Virus record (IMG/VR): IMGVR_UViG_3300032212_000024
Span: 1 to 47,169 of that record
Length of the DNA: 47,169 nt
Source: a virus
Lineage: Duplodnaviria; Caudoviricetes
Reading direction: 5' to 3' (one strand)
Shown here: positions 1 through 8,389 of the stretch, one piece after another
Numbering within the stretch: the first letter of the stretch is position 1
Layout of the letters: the number at the start of each line of letters is the position of its first letter
Notes under the pieces: model-generated
What the model was told of the DNA's origin: nothing
What the model saw: only the letters and a program-made list of their open reading frames with translations
The model's database searches: none
Made by a program: the position numbers and the translations under genes

Positions 1-127
1 CCCCCCAATATGATGAGTGGCGCATCCACGGTGTTCGCTACACAGGCAAGGCATTGCAGGACTTGGCAAGCTCACAAGGTGAAATATACAAGATTTCTAG
101 AGTTGGTGAGCACATAACCTTAGAGCG
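1..127. repeat. Terminal direct repeat, identical to 47043-47169 (circular assembly overlap)
   Basis: Exact 127-bp identity between the two window ends; a reading frame runs across the junction. Confidence 0.95.
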
Positions 128-134
128 CATTGAC

Positions 135-195
135 GCATAACGTTGTGCATCAACAGCGTAGTGTAGAGGAATCCGATTTGAAGCACTTGTTATGC
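135..195 (+). mobile_element. attC-like site
   Basis: GCATAAC (135-141) ... GTTATGC (189-195); imperfect inverted repeat TAACGTTGTGCATCAA / TTGAAGCACTTGTTA. Confidence 0.75.
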
Positions 196-207
196 AGAAG
201 AGTAAGT

Positions 208-372
208 ATGAAAAGCAAATGCGCGGTGTGTGGTAAAGAATTTAAAGAGTGCGACCAGTTGCAGGCGTTCTTGCGGTGCCCTGAATATCCAAAAGGAAGC
301 TGGACATGGCCAGTGACTGTTGACGCAAAATTCCAAGAGCGGTTTGAACGTAACAGCGACAACATCAAATGA
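208..372 (+). CDS. Small Cys-rich cassette-borne hypothetical protein (MKSKCAVCGKEF...)
   Basis: ATG just after the R' box; CxxC motif; followed by GCATAAC at 391-397. Confidence 0.6.
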   Translation: MKSKCAVCGKEFKECDQLQAFLRCPEYPKGSWTWPVTVDAKFQERFERNSDNIK

Positions 373-390
373 AAACATGCGGACTGTTCA

Positions 391-539
391 GCATAACAGG
401 GGTATACGTCAATTTTGTCAATGTGTATGTAGCAGGGTGTTGTAACGTCAGCAATAAACGGCAATGTGCAGAACGATTAACTCAAATTACACACAGAAAC
501 AACGCGGCATATTGTCCGATTTAATTGCCGTTGTTAGGC
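391..539 (+). mobile_element. attC-like site(s), possibly two fused
   Basis: GCATAAC 391-397. A second arm TAACGTCAGCAATAAACGG (453-471) pairs imperfectly with CCGATTTAATTGCCGTTGTTA. Ends GTTAGGC 533-539. Confidence 0.65.
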
Positions 540-562
540 GCGAATTACAATAGGAGACAGAA

Positions 563-676
563 ATGAAATTCGAAACTAAATTCAATAAAGGCGATTGTGC
601 TTGGTTAATGAAAGACAACAAGCCAATAGAGGTCATTATCTCTAACGAGCGAGAGTGTATTGATGGAGTTGATTAA
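563..676 (+). CDS. Short, probably truncated cassette ORF (MKFETKFNKGDCAWLMKDN...)
   Basis: AGGAG RBS and ATG directly after the R' box GTTAGGC; 37 codons. Confidence 0.45.
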   Translation: MKFETKFNKGDCAWLMKDNKPIEVIISNERECIDGVD

Positions 677-708
677 TAATATGCAATTTAAAACTGTATG
701 AATAAAAG

Positions 709-1167
709 GTGATTATATTGAAAATTAAAACAAAAATACTTGACAAACGTCTGGGTGATGAGATTCAAATGCCCAAGTATGAAACTGATGGCTCTGCAGG
801 AATTGATTTGAGAGCTTGTCTTGATAATGATACAACTATTTGGCCTAGTGAAACATTATTGATTCCAACTGGAATTTCAATTCATATTGATGATCCAAGC
901 GTTGCTGCTACAATCTTGCCAAGGTCAGGCTTGGGTCACAAGCATGGCATTGTCCTTGGAAATTTAGTTGGATTGATTGACTCTGATTATCAAGGTCAGA
1001 TTTTTGTATCATGCTGGAATCGTGGTACACGATCTTACCAAATTAAAGTTGGTGAGCGTATTGCCCAATTAGTATTTGTTCCTATTGTTAAGTGTGAGCT
1101 TGATATTGTTGATTCTTTTGATGAAAGCTCACGTGGTGAAGGCGGGTTTGGAAGTACTGGAAAATAA
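709..1167 (+). CDS. dut: dUTPase (trimeric family)
   Basis: Motifs [25 protein letters not shown] and [10 protein letters not shown]. Confidence 0.97.
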   Translation: MIILKIKTKILDKRLGDEIQMPKYETDGSAGIDLRACLDNDTTIWPSETLLIPTGISIHIDDPSVAATILPRSGLGHKHGIVLGNLVGLIDSDYQGQIFVSCWNRGTRSYQIKVGERIAQLVFVPIVKCELDIVDSFDESSRGEGGFGSTGK

Positions 1168-1197
1168 TTAAAATCAATTTTAAGCTGGAGAAATAAA

Positions 1198-1575
1198 ATG
1201 TCAGATATAACTATTGAAGATATTGTTGAGTGGAATCGCCTTGCTAAGCTTTTGAAAAAAATAAAGGCTGATGAGGTGGCTTTGCGAAAAAAGATTGTGA
1301 ATAAATTTGCGCAAAAAGATGGCAAGGTTGATAAAGAAATTGGCGGTTTTTCTTTAAAAGGCAAAAAAGGGGTTACAACGAGCATTGAAGATAAAGAAGA
1401 TTTGCTTGAAGACCGTGATGGGATGGAACCTCAAGTCCAAGATTGCTTCCCACTAGATGTAAAGTTCAGCAAAACTGCTTATAATAAACTTGATGATATT
1501 GATAAAGCAGAAGTTGATGTTTATATTGTTGAAAAGCCTAGTGCCCCAACCTTGAAGCTTGAGGTGATCAAGTGA
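1198..1575 (+). CDS. Hypothetical phage protein
   Basis: ORF with CTGGAG RBS. Confidence 0.8.
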   Translation: MSDITIEDIVEWNRLAKLLKKIKADEVALRKKIVNKFAQKDGKVDKEIGGFSLKGKKGVTTSIEDKEDLLEDRDGMEPQVQDCFPLDVKFSKTAYNKLDDIDKAEVDVYIVEKPSAPTLKLEVIK

Positions 1576-2012
1576 TGAATAATATACTCAAACAAAATGA
1601 AAGTTTACTTAGGTCTGCTGTTAATGTTGAAACAGTAACTTGTAATTATTGTGGCAAGCAGTCAAAATTAATTACTGGTCAAGGTCTATACCCAGGAAGG
1701 CCAGATTTATGGAAAAAGAAATTCTGGGAGTGTGTGCCTTGTGATGCTTATGTTGGTTGCCATCCTGGAACAGATGTTCCACTTGGTAAGTTAGCAAATT
1801 CAAGTTTAAGAGTTGAAAGAGTAAGGGCGCATTATTCTTTTGATCCACTTTGGAAGCCTGGTGAAAAGAAAGTCTTTAAGTCAAGAAAAAAGGCATATGC
1901 TTGGCTTGCTGATAGGTTAAAAATAAAGCCATCTAGTTGTCATATTGGATTATTTGATGAAGATATGTGCAATAAGGTAATTGAAATAGCTGAAGAGAGG
2001 ACAGGGGCTTGA
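1572..2012 (+). CDS. DUF3268-like zinc-finger protein
   Basis: CNYCG ... WECVPCDAYVGCH ... CHIGLFD pattern. Confidence 0.8.
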   Translation: MMNNILKQNESLLRSAVNVETVTCNYCGKQSKLITGQGLYPGRPDLWKKKFWECVPCDAYVGCHPGTDVPLGKLANSSLRVERVRAHYSFDPLWKPGEKKVFKSRKKAYAWLADRLKIKPSSCHIGLFDEDMCNKVIEIAEERTGA

Positions 2013-2287
2013 CTAAAAAAGTAAAATATAACCCTGCATATATAGGTGCAGTGGAGCTTGTTAGGAAAGAGTTAAAAAAAAGAAAATTATTCGAAGTCCA
2101 AGTTGATCTTGAATTAATGGGAGCAGAGATTTCAAATGGGCACCTTGGCAGAATTGTGAGAGGGAAAATTTCAAAGCCAACTTACAAAACTCTATCAATT
2201 ATTTATGAGTATTTATTTCCAAATTTAGGAAAGTGCCCAAATAGAATTTTAAGGAGTGGTGATGCAAATTCCAAGCAAGACTTATAA
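2009..2287 (+). CDS. Putative HTH DNA-binding protein
   Basis: XRE-like segment ISNGHLGRIVRGKISKPTYKTL. Confidence 0.55.
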   Translation: MTKKVKYNPAYIGAVELVRKELKKRKLFEVQVDLELMGAEISNGHLGRIVRGKISKPTYKTLSIIYEYLFPNLGKCPNRILRSGDANSKQDL

Positions 2288-2603
2288 AGTAAAGGCGCAA
2301 TCTGTATCTGAACATTCAATTTACTTTACAATAGTTGGTGAGGACACAGTAAAATGGATGTTTGTGAATAGCAAAGAAATGGAATCATTTCAGTGGATTA
2401 TTGCTTTAATGACTTCATATTCAAAGCAGCTTAAAGCTGGAATTGCAGTTGAAGACATAATTAATGATATGAAAAATACTTTCCAGCCCCATGGCTCATA
2501 TTTTTTAGAAGATGGGTCAGGCCGTGAAGTGAATAGCATTGTCCATCACCTTGGATTGGTTTTAGAGCAGCATGCGTTGGATAGCAAGCTTAAGGAAATA
2601 TGA
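2256..2603 (+). CDS. Stand-alone TSCPD-like (NrdJ-associated) domain protein
   Basis: Pattern ALMTSYSKQLKAGIAVEDII...F.PHGSYF...SIVHHLG resembles TSCPD domains. Confidence 0.5.
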   Translation: MVMQIPSKTYKVKAQSVSEHSIYFTIVGEDTVKWMFVNSKEMESFQWIIALMTSYSKQLKAGIAVEDIINDMKNTFQPHGSYFLEDGSGREVNSIVHHLGLVLEQHALDSKLKEI

Positions 2604-2716
2604 TGCCATCAAAAGAGTTGCTTTTAGAGATATTTAAGGAGAGGGGTGCCAGAAAGTTCGCCGAGGCAGGTTTGTCTGACTCAAATGCGCTTGTTATGCG
2701 TGGTCGGACGCGAGAA

Positions 2717-2785
2717 ATCTAACGCCCCTATTCAGCGCTTAAGCGCAGCGAAGCGGAGCTTATCTGCTGGAATTTATTGTTATGA
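2717..2785 (+). mobile_element. attC-like site, preceded by an orphan R' half-site GTTATGC at 2693-2699
   Basis: ATCTAAC ... GTTATGA; inner arms TTCAGC/GCTGGAA and TAAGC/GCTTA. Confidence 0.7.
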
Positions 2786-2972
2786 GTTGCGATTGGGAAG
2801 AAATACAAACCTTGATTACAGAAATTACTGAGTATGTTGAACTTGACTGACCCACCAGCGAAACTGAAGTCATTGAATGCATGTGTGGTGTGCTAAAACG
2901 ACCTGATTGTGTTGAAGACAACACGCTCGAAGCTGTTGTTATGCCTTATTTTAAACTGGAGATTAAAAAATG
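2782..2972 (+). pseudogene. Decayed cassette ORF with an in-frame TGA, ending through an R' half-site (GTTATGC 2938-2944)
   Basis: Reads MSCDWEEIQTLITEITEYVELD*PTSETEVIECMCG...LEAVVMPYF. Confidence 0.4.
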
Positions 2973-3317
2973 AAAACATACGAAGGATTGCTCTACTTGC
3001 ACTCGCACGGTGAGGCCTGTGATATTTTGTTTCTATCATCCTGCTCAGAGCCACTAGCTGAAGAGCTTGAATGGATAAGCGGAAAGAACGTAACCATAAG
3101 ATATTGGATCACCGAACAGAAATGCACAAAAGAAGAGGCTCAAGAAGATTTTGTAAGACAAATTATGGGTTCAGCTGATTGTTTGTTTGGTGCTCGATAT
3201 TCTGAGATTACAGGCTATCTGTGGACTGATGAAGACTTGAATGTTGGAGGGCATGACGTAATCGCAGAACTTAAGTCTTTTATTGGCCAGTGGTTAATAC
3301 TAGAGATTGAGGCATAA
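2970..3317 (+). CDS. Cassette-borne hypothetical protein
   Basis: AAACTGGAG RBS; the stop TAA lies within the R'' box GCATAAC. Confidence 0.85.
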   Translation: MKTYEGLLYLHSHGEACDILFLSSCSEPLAEELEWISGKNVTIRYWITEQKCTKEEAQEDFVRQIMGSADCLFGARYSEITGYLWTDEDLNVGGHDVIAELKSFIGQWLILEIEA

Positions 3318-3398
3318 CAGTTGAATTAAGTGGGCGCACTTTGCGCTTGCAGGAAACACGCGGCGAGTTAGCCGCTCCACTTGGATGATTGGTTATAT
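3312..3398 (+). mobile_element. attC-like site
   Basis: GCATAAC ... GTTATAT; arms TAACAGTTGAATTAAGTGG / CCACTTGGATGATTGGTTA. Confidence 0.75.
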
Positions 3399-3417
3399 TT
3401 TAACTGAGGACTTGGCT

Positions 3418-3633
3418 ATGAAGCTGAATAGAGTAATAGCAATGTGCGAACTTGATGTTGATACAGCTAGGGCAATGTCGCCACCGAATGATTTTAGCGA
3501 TGAAATGATCTTGGCTGGTTTACATAAAGCCCGTTGCGAAATGGTAGATGTGTTTGACGAAATCACTGCTGAAATGGCCGACGAAAGTGAAAAATGGTTA
3601 TCTGAAAGAGGTGTGATCGCTGGAGTCAGATAA
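3418..3633 (+). CDS. Cassette-borne hypothetical protein
   Basis: GAGG RBS then ATG at 3418; the stop lies 2 bp before the R'' box ATATAAC. Confidence 0.75.
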   Translation: MKLNRVIAMCELDVDTARAMSPPNDFSDEMILAGLHKARCEMVDVFDEITAEMADESEKWLSERGVIAGVR

Positions 3634-3635
3634 AA

Positions 3636-3683
3636 ATATAACGCCTTAATAAGCGGCTAGTCCGCTTGATTTAATTTTTATAT
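3636..3683 (+). mobile_element. Short degenerate attC-like site (R' mutated to TTTATAT)
   Basis: ATATAAC-GCCTTAATAAGCGG-CTAGT-CCGCTTGATTTAA-TTTTTATAT. Confidence 0.6.
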
Positions 3684-3696
3684 TTTGGAGATGAGT

Positions 3697-3840
3697 ATGA
3701 AAAAAGCGCCTTGGAAAGATTTTAACAATGAGGATATTTTTGAAGGTAGCATAATATCGCACCACTCAGGACAACAAGGAGAAGCCACTGGTGTGAATGC
3801 AGATGAACTAGCTTCATACTGTAAAAAGTTTGATGAATAA
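3697..3840 (+). CDS. Short hypothetical protein, probably a cassette remnant (MKKAPWKDFNNEDIFEG...)
   Basis: GGAG RBS just after the degenerate R' box; 47 aa. Confidence 0.5.
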   Translation: MKKAPWKDFNNEDIFEGSIISHHSGQQGEATGVNADELASYCKKFDE

Positions 3841-3857
3841 TGAAGGCTTTGTAAATA

Positions 3858-4166
3858 ATGAGCTACACTTATAGGTGCGGAAGTGAACACAGAAAGCAAA
3901 TTACTTTCAAAAGACAGATTGATATTCACAAAGTCAGTTGCGAGTGCGGTGGCAAGTTACACCCATTTAACCGTGATAAGGTGAGGGATAAACAGCGAAC
4001 TTGTAATTGTGGCTCACTTCCATTCCCACATAGGTCTGGAAGTAAAGCGTCAATTCAAGGGCAAACTGCATTTTGTAGATATTATAAAGGAGACATACAA
4101 CATGAAGAAATGCTTAGTCAACTGGGTGCAACAAAAATCAAAACTGGCAAAGATATTCCTTTCTAG
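3858..4166 (+). CDS. Cys/His-rich hypothetical protein
   Basis: CECGG and CNCGSLPFPHR motifs; ends DIPF. Confidence 0.7.
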   Translation: MSYTYRCGSEHRKQITFKRQIDIHKVSCECGGKLHPFNRDKVRDKQRTCNCGSLPFPHRSGSKASIQGQTAFCRYYKGDIQHEEMLSQLGATKIKTGKDIPF

Positions 4167-4482
4167 TTTAGATGATCGTAACATAATTAGGGCATTTGTA
4201 ATTTATGTGATTTTATCAACAGCTTTTGTGTTATCAGTTCCAGTGAATGCTTTTGTTTCTTCAATAGTTATTATTATAAATGGAATACTTGGGTTCATTA
4301 TACTTGCACTTGAGTCTGAGAATGAAAACTATGATGAGTGGTTTGATAAGCTTATTGAGTTGTGCAGGGAAGATAGCAATGGAAGTCAATTTTCAATTTC
4401 AAAAAGAAAAAATAGAATTCATTTTTTGAATGGTAAAACTCCAAGAGAAGTTTATAGAGAAAACTACAAAAATATATTTTAA
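4102..4482 (+). CDS. Putative membrane protein (start uncertain)
   Basis: Two hydrophobic helices within ORF 4009..4482. Confidence 0.55.
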   Translation: MKKCLVNWVQQKSKLAKIFLSSLDDRNIIRAFVIYVILSTAFVLSVPVNAFVSSIVIIINGILGFIILALESENENYDEWFDKLIELCREDSNGSQFSISKRKNRIHFLNGKTPREVYRENYKNIF

Positions 4483-4493
4483 TTTTTGTGGTA

Positions 4494-4522
4494 TTTACTT
4501 CAACTAAATAGGCTTTTAAAAT
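4494..4522 (+). promoter_or_regulatory. Sigma70-like promoter
   Basis: TTTACT-N17-TAAAAT; same GGTATTTACTT context as the promoter at 45724. Confidence 0.65.
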
Positions 4523-4530
4523 AGAACTTA

Positions 4531-4625
4531 GCTACCCGCTACTCAGTCGCCGCTGATGTATGCGCTTGGTGATTTTGCCTCCAGTTTAATCACCATCTCC
4601 CGAAGTATATAATGTAGCGGGTAGC
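4531..4625 (+). ncRNA. Putative structured small RNA or leader RNA
   Basis: 12-bp perfect closing stem GCTACCCGCTAC/GTAGCGGGTAGC starting near the predicted +1; inner hairpin TGGTGATT/AATCACCA. Confidence 0.55.
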
Positions 4626-4643
4626 ATTTTAATGGAGGTTAAA

Positions 4644-4931
4644 ATGAAAGAGCACTACAATATCAATGATGTTGAGTGGAAAGAATTGTCTTTGTGTGTT
4701 TCAACTATGGATTTGATCAAATCAGTTCCAGAGTTTGATCCACATAATGCTGGAGAGCCTTTAACAAAAGTTTCACTAATGTACTATATTGATAAGCATG
4801 GTGACTTTAATGAAGGAGATTCAGTTCACAATAAAATTGCGAAAGCAATTTTCAAGAGCCTTGGTGCAAAAGACAAGGTTGAAATTTTTAGTTACTTACA
4901 GTGGTATGAAGAACAAAAGGAGATAGCATGA
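4644..4931 (+). CDS. Hypothetical protein
   Basis: GGAGGT RBS precedes ATG 4644. Confidence 0.75.
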   Translation: MKEHYNINDVEWKELSLCVSTMDLIKSVPEFDPHNAGEPLTKVSLMYYIDKHGDFNEGDSVHNKIAKAIFKSLGAKDKVEIFSYLQWYEEQKEIA

Positions 4932-5173
4932 AAGCCAAAGAGAAAAAGTATTTGCGTTCTATTGGAAAGCCAGCAATCAAAAAGCCATCTGGAAAAAAGA
5001 ATCCTGCTGGAACAAAATTATCTGAAAGCATTAGATCAGATGATGATGGATACAAGTTTGGAACACTAGGGCTTGGGAGAAAGCCAGGAATGATTGGACG
5101 ATTTTTTATTGAAAGGCGCAAAGATTTGAATAAAACTTTAATTAAAAATAATGAGCAGCCTGTTCACTTTTGA
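4928..5173 (+). CDS. Basic hypothetical protein
   Basis: Lys/Arg-rich ORF overlapping the previous stop (ATGA). Confidence 0.65.
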   Translation: MKAKEKKYLRSIGKPAIKKPSGKKNPAGTKLSESIRSDDDGYKFGTLGLGRKPGMIGRFFIERRKDLNKTLIKNNEQPVHF

Positions 5174-5207
5174 TTAAGTAAACTAATTAAACAACTGGAG
5201 AAAACAA

Positions 5208-6104
5208 GTGGCAATTAATATTACAACTGTAGATGATGCTATTGAAGACAATGGCGTTAAAATTTTAGTCCATGGACTAGCAGGCTCTGGGAAAACAACC
5301 CTCTGTGCAACTACTGGTGCACCAACTTTGATCTTGAATGTTGAAGGCGGCCTTCTTTCTTTGAAAGGTGCACCAAGCTATATCAAGACTGCTAAGATAA
5401 CAAACATTGATGAGTTTGAAGAGTATTACAATTATCTTGTTCAACAACGCAATGATGGTGATCAAGAATTTCAGTGGATTGCGCTTGATTCAATTTCTGA
5501 TATTGCTGAGCAAGTCTTGAAAATTGAGCTTGATGCTTGCGCTGATCCACGGAAATCATACCCAGCTTTTCAAGCACGTGTAATTGGGCTAATCAAAGGC
5601 TTCCGTGATCTGGCTGGTTACAATGTAATCATGACCGCCAAACAAGATATGGTAAAGGATGATTATACTGGTATTACATTACGAGTTCCATCAATGCCAG
5701 GCAACAAACTTGGACCTCAAGTGCCATATTTGTTTGATGAAGTTTTTGCAATTATGGTTGAAAAAGATGAAGATGATGAAGATTATCGTGTCATCCAAAC
5801 CAATCGTGATATCATGTATGAAGCCAAGGATCGCAGCGGTAAATTGGGCATGTATGAACCACCTAATTTGAAAAAGATTCTTTCAAAGATTCATGCTGGT
5901 GATGATCCTGATTTTGCCCCAACAAATTCAGAAGAGTCTGAGGCTGAAGAGCCTGAATCAGATTCTTTGATGTATTGGTATCATGATGAATCAGATTCAT
6001 ATGGTGAGTGTATGTCATCTGAATTTGAAGATTTGTGCGATAATGCACCTGGTGGGTTGGTTGAAGTTTCAAAAGAAGAGTATGACAAAAAGTCTAGTGA
6101 TTAG
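5208..6104 (+). CDS. Sak4-like / AAA_24 P-loop ATPase (single-strand annealing recombinase)
   Basis: Walker A GLAGSGKTT, IALDSISD and AKDRSG; adjacent to SSB and nuclease genes. Confidence 0.85.
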   Translation: MAINITTVDDAIEDNGVKILVHGLAGSGKTTLCATTGAPTLILNVEGGLLSLKGAPSYIKTAKITNIDEFEEYYNYLVQQRNDGDQEFQWIALDSISDIAEQVLKIELDACADPRKSYPAFQARVIGLIKGFRDLAGYNVIMTAKQDMVKDDYTGITLRVPSMPGNKLGPQVPYLFDEVFAIMVEKDEDDEDYRVIQTNRDIMYEAKDRSGKLGMYEPPNLKKILSKIHAGDDPDFAPTNSEESEAEEPESDSLMYWYHDESDSYGECMSSEFEDLCDNAPGGLVEVSKEEYDKKSSD

Positions 6105-6185
6105 GCAACTGATTCAAATAATTTATAGGGAATCACTACCCCTTTCAGTAGTGAGAATTTTTAATTTTAAAATGGAGAAATAAAA

Positions 6186-6731
6186 ATGGCAATGTTACCT
6201 GGTGCGTTTAATTCAGAAGAACATGAAGAAATGGGCACATTTGAAGTGCTGCCTGCAGATTGGTATGTATCTATGATTCAAGAGTCAACAATCAAACCAA
6301 CTAAAAAGGCGCTTGAAGAAAAAAACGGCAATGATGAATTACCAGCTGATCAATACTCTGGCTTGCGTCTTAATTTGAAATTTAAGATCATGGGTGGTGA
6401 ATTTGATGGCCGAACTCTTTTTGAAGGTTTGAATATCAAAAATCCAAATGCCCAAGCAGTGGAAATTTCTCAAAAGACTCTGACATCAATCTGTAAAGCT
6501 GTTGGAAAAGTTAGCATCAATGATTCTGAAGAGCTTCATGGAATCCCAATGAAAATAAAGCTTGGCATTAAGCCAGCCAGTGCTCAGTATGACGCACAAA
6601 ATACTTTCAAAGCTTTTGAAAAATATGATGGTGCAGTCCCATCTGGCACTTCAGGCTCAAAAAGCAAGAAAGATGTCTCAAATGCAAAAGAAGGTTCAAA
6701 ATCAGGTGGTAAAAGAGCCTGGGAAGAGTAA
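6186..6731 (+). CDS. DUF669-like single-stranded DNA-binding protein
   Basis: Motifs LPADWY, GEFDGRTLFEGLNI and LTSICKAVG; flexible C-terminal tail ending AWEE. Confidence 0.8.
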   Translation: MAMLPGAFNSEEHEEMGTFEVLPADWYVSMIQESTIKPTKKALEEKNGNDELPADQYSGLRLNLKFKIMGGEFDGRTLFEGLNIKNPNAQAVEISQKTLTSICKAVGKVSINDSEELHGIPMKIKLGIKPASAQYDAQNTFKAFEKYDGAVPSGTSGSKSKKDVSNAKEGSKSGGKRAWEE

Positions 6732-6757
6732 TCAACATTAATTAAATTTAAAGTAAT

Positions 6758-6786
6758 AAAGTAGCGCATGAAAATGCGCTACTTTT
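6758..6786 (+). terminator. Rho-independent terminator
   Basis: AAAGTAGCGCAT-GAAA-ATGCGCTACTTTT downstream of the SSB gene. Confidence 0.75.
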
Positions 6787-7068
6787 AAAGGAGAGTGTTA
6801 TGAAAATTAAAACAATATCAAATTCACTATCAACTATATATACAATTTTGAAAATGCTTTGCGCAGCAATTATAGTGTATATAACAATAGTTGTAGTTTC
6901 ATCATCAATGTAGTTGGATAAAATTTTAAATTGGCTTTCAGCAATTGTAAGTGTGATTTGAGTAATTAGCAGCCAAGTTGTCACAAGCGTTTAGGTACTA
7001 ATTGCAATTGTGTTTAGTAGAATCTGCAAACAGAAAGTCAATTTAAAATTTAATCAATGGAGGTTAAG

Positions 7069-7332
7069 ATGATGGTTATTCAATCAAGAGCCAAGGAATT
7101 GATAAACACTGATCCTCAGCGCCGATGCTACAATGGTTGTCATTTTAGTAGTGAGCTTGTGTGGTCTCCTTGGGAATTATTTGAGTATGTAGAGCCCATG
7201 GCAGTAGAAAGTAGACTGGCTTTCTGGAGGAGTCTAAATGACTATGCTGTGTCGTTTAGGGGTGAAGGTGCTAGACGTGAGTACCGCGCAGAAGAAATTA
7301 AATTACCAGAAAAGGAAGGTGTAAATGGCTAA
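7069..7332 (+). CDS. Hypothetical phage protein
   Basis: GGAGGT RBS; NTDPQRRCYNGC motif. Confidence 0.75.
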   Translation: MMVIQSRAKELINTDPQRRCYNGCHFSSELVWSPWELFEYVEPMAVESRLAFWRSLNDYAVSFRGEGARREYRAEEIKLPEKEGVNG

Positions 7333-8194
7333 ATTACCAGAAAATACAACAGGAATCAAAGGCATCATGGCAGCCTGTGATGGTGAGGAGATTATCAGTA
7401 AGCAAAGGCCATACTTAGGAATGAGTGGTCTTGGTGGGCCTTGTATGAGATCACTATGGTATAGCTTTCACTGGGTTGCTAAAAAAGAAATTCCAAGAAG
7501 GGTCAACCGAATCTTTGAGCGTGGTCATTGGGAAGAGCATAGAATCATTCGTGACCTAAGTGAAATTGGAATTGATTTTTTTCGCAGGGATAAAGATGGA
7601 ATTGCGATTCCAATTACTGGCAATCCTGATGAAGAGCAGGAAAGGATAGTTGGGTTTGCTGGTCATGCACTTGGTCACACAGATGGTCGTTGCATTGGAG
7701 TCCCAGATGCTCCAAAAACAGAACACTTATCAGAATTTAAATCTGCTAATGATAAGAATTTTAAAAAGTTTCAAAAGCTTGGGGTTGAACAATCAAATGA
7801 AACTTACTATGGTCAGATGCAGCGTTATATGTTAGGGCTTGGGTTGACTAGGGCTTTATTTGTTGTTACAAATAAAAATGATGAATCGCGCTACTATGAA
7901 AGAGTTTCATTTGATAAAACATACGCTGGTGACTTGGTTAAAAAAGAACAGCATATTGTAATGAGTGAAGCACCGCTTGAAAAAATTGGCGGGCCAACCT
8001 GGTTTGAATGTAAATGGTGTGACAAAAAAGGTGTTTGTCATGAAGGTGATGCACCAGATAGAAATTGCAGAACCTGTGATCACTCTGATCTTGAAAATGA
8101 AGGCAAGTGGTCTTGCTCTTATCACGAAAAAGAAATTACCACAGATGAGCAGCGAATTGGCTGTGAATTTTGGCACAAAGGATGGGGGTTGTAA
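7325..8194 (+). CDS. Cas4-like PD-(D/E)XK exonuclease
   Basis: GHTDG...EFKS...YYGQMQRYM; one N-terminal Cys and a C-terminal CKWCD..C cluster. Confidence 0.85.
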   Translation: MAKLPENTTGIKGIMAACDGEEIISKQRPYLGMSGLGGPCMRSLWYSFHWVAKKEIPRRVNRIFERGHWEEHRIIRDLSEIGIDFFRRDKDGIAIPITGNPDEEQERIVGFAGHALGHTDGRCIGVPDAPKTEHLSEFKSANDKNFKKFQKLGVEQSNETYYGQMQRYMLGLGLTRALFVVTNKNDESRYYERVSFDKTYAGDLVKKEQHIVMSEAPLEKIGGPTWFECKWCDKKGVCHEGDAPDRNCRTCDHSDLENEGKWSCSYHEKEITTDEQRIGCEFWHKGWGL

Positions 8195-8388
8195 TGGTTG
8201 AAAAATTAACAGAAGAAGAAATTTGGTCATTGCAAGCTGCACATGAAAAATATACATATCTTTGTGATTTGCCAGAGTTTAAAGATTTATGGGTCAAAAT
8301 AAAAAATACTAATTATCATTTTTGGGAATCAATAGTAAAAGAAAAATTTTATTCACCTGAAGTGAATAAATTAATTGGAAAATTGTAA
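8194..8388 (+). CDS. Hypothetical protein
   Basis: TAATG overlap with the upstream gene. Confidence 0.6.
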   Translation: MVEKLTEEEIWSLQAAHEKYTYLCDLPEFKDLWVKIKNTNYHFWESIVKEKFYSPEVNKLIGKL

Positions 8389-8389
8389 T

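Noticed and set aside
1-127. Biological direct terminal repeat
   Set aside because: The length of 127 equals a common assembler k-mer and the repeat falls mid-gene, so an assembly overlap is more likely.
2717-3683. Interpreting the attC-like hairpins as simple terminators
   Set aside because: They lack tight GC stems with U-tracts, share TAAC/GTTA ends, and show box complementarity across genes.
4545-4612. Hammerhead ribozyme (CTGATG ... GAAG)
   Set aside because: The core deviates from CUGAUGA/GAAA, and the CTGA pairs with upstream TCAG in a small hairpin.
6800-6961. Stop-codon reassignment suggested by a short hydrophobic ORF with an in-frame TAG
   Set aside because: All core genes are intact under the standard code, and TAG terminates real genes such as 5208-6104.
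7299-7344. 15-bp direct repeat TAAATTACCAGAAAA
   Set aside because: A single short duplication at a gene junction; it may be an insertion scar but has no further support.
7325-8194. CRISPR-Cas system suggested by the Cas4-like gene
   Set aside because: No repeat-spacer array or other cas genes were seen; the gene sits in a standard Sak4-SSB-nuclease-helicase module.
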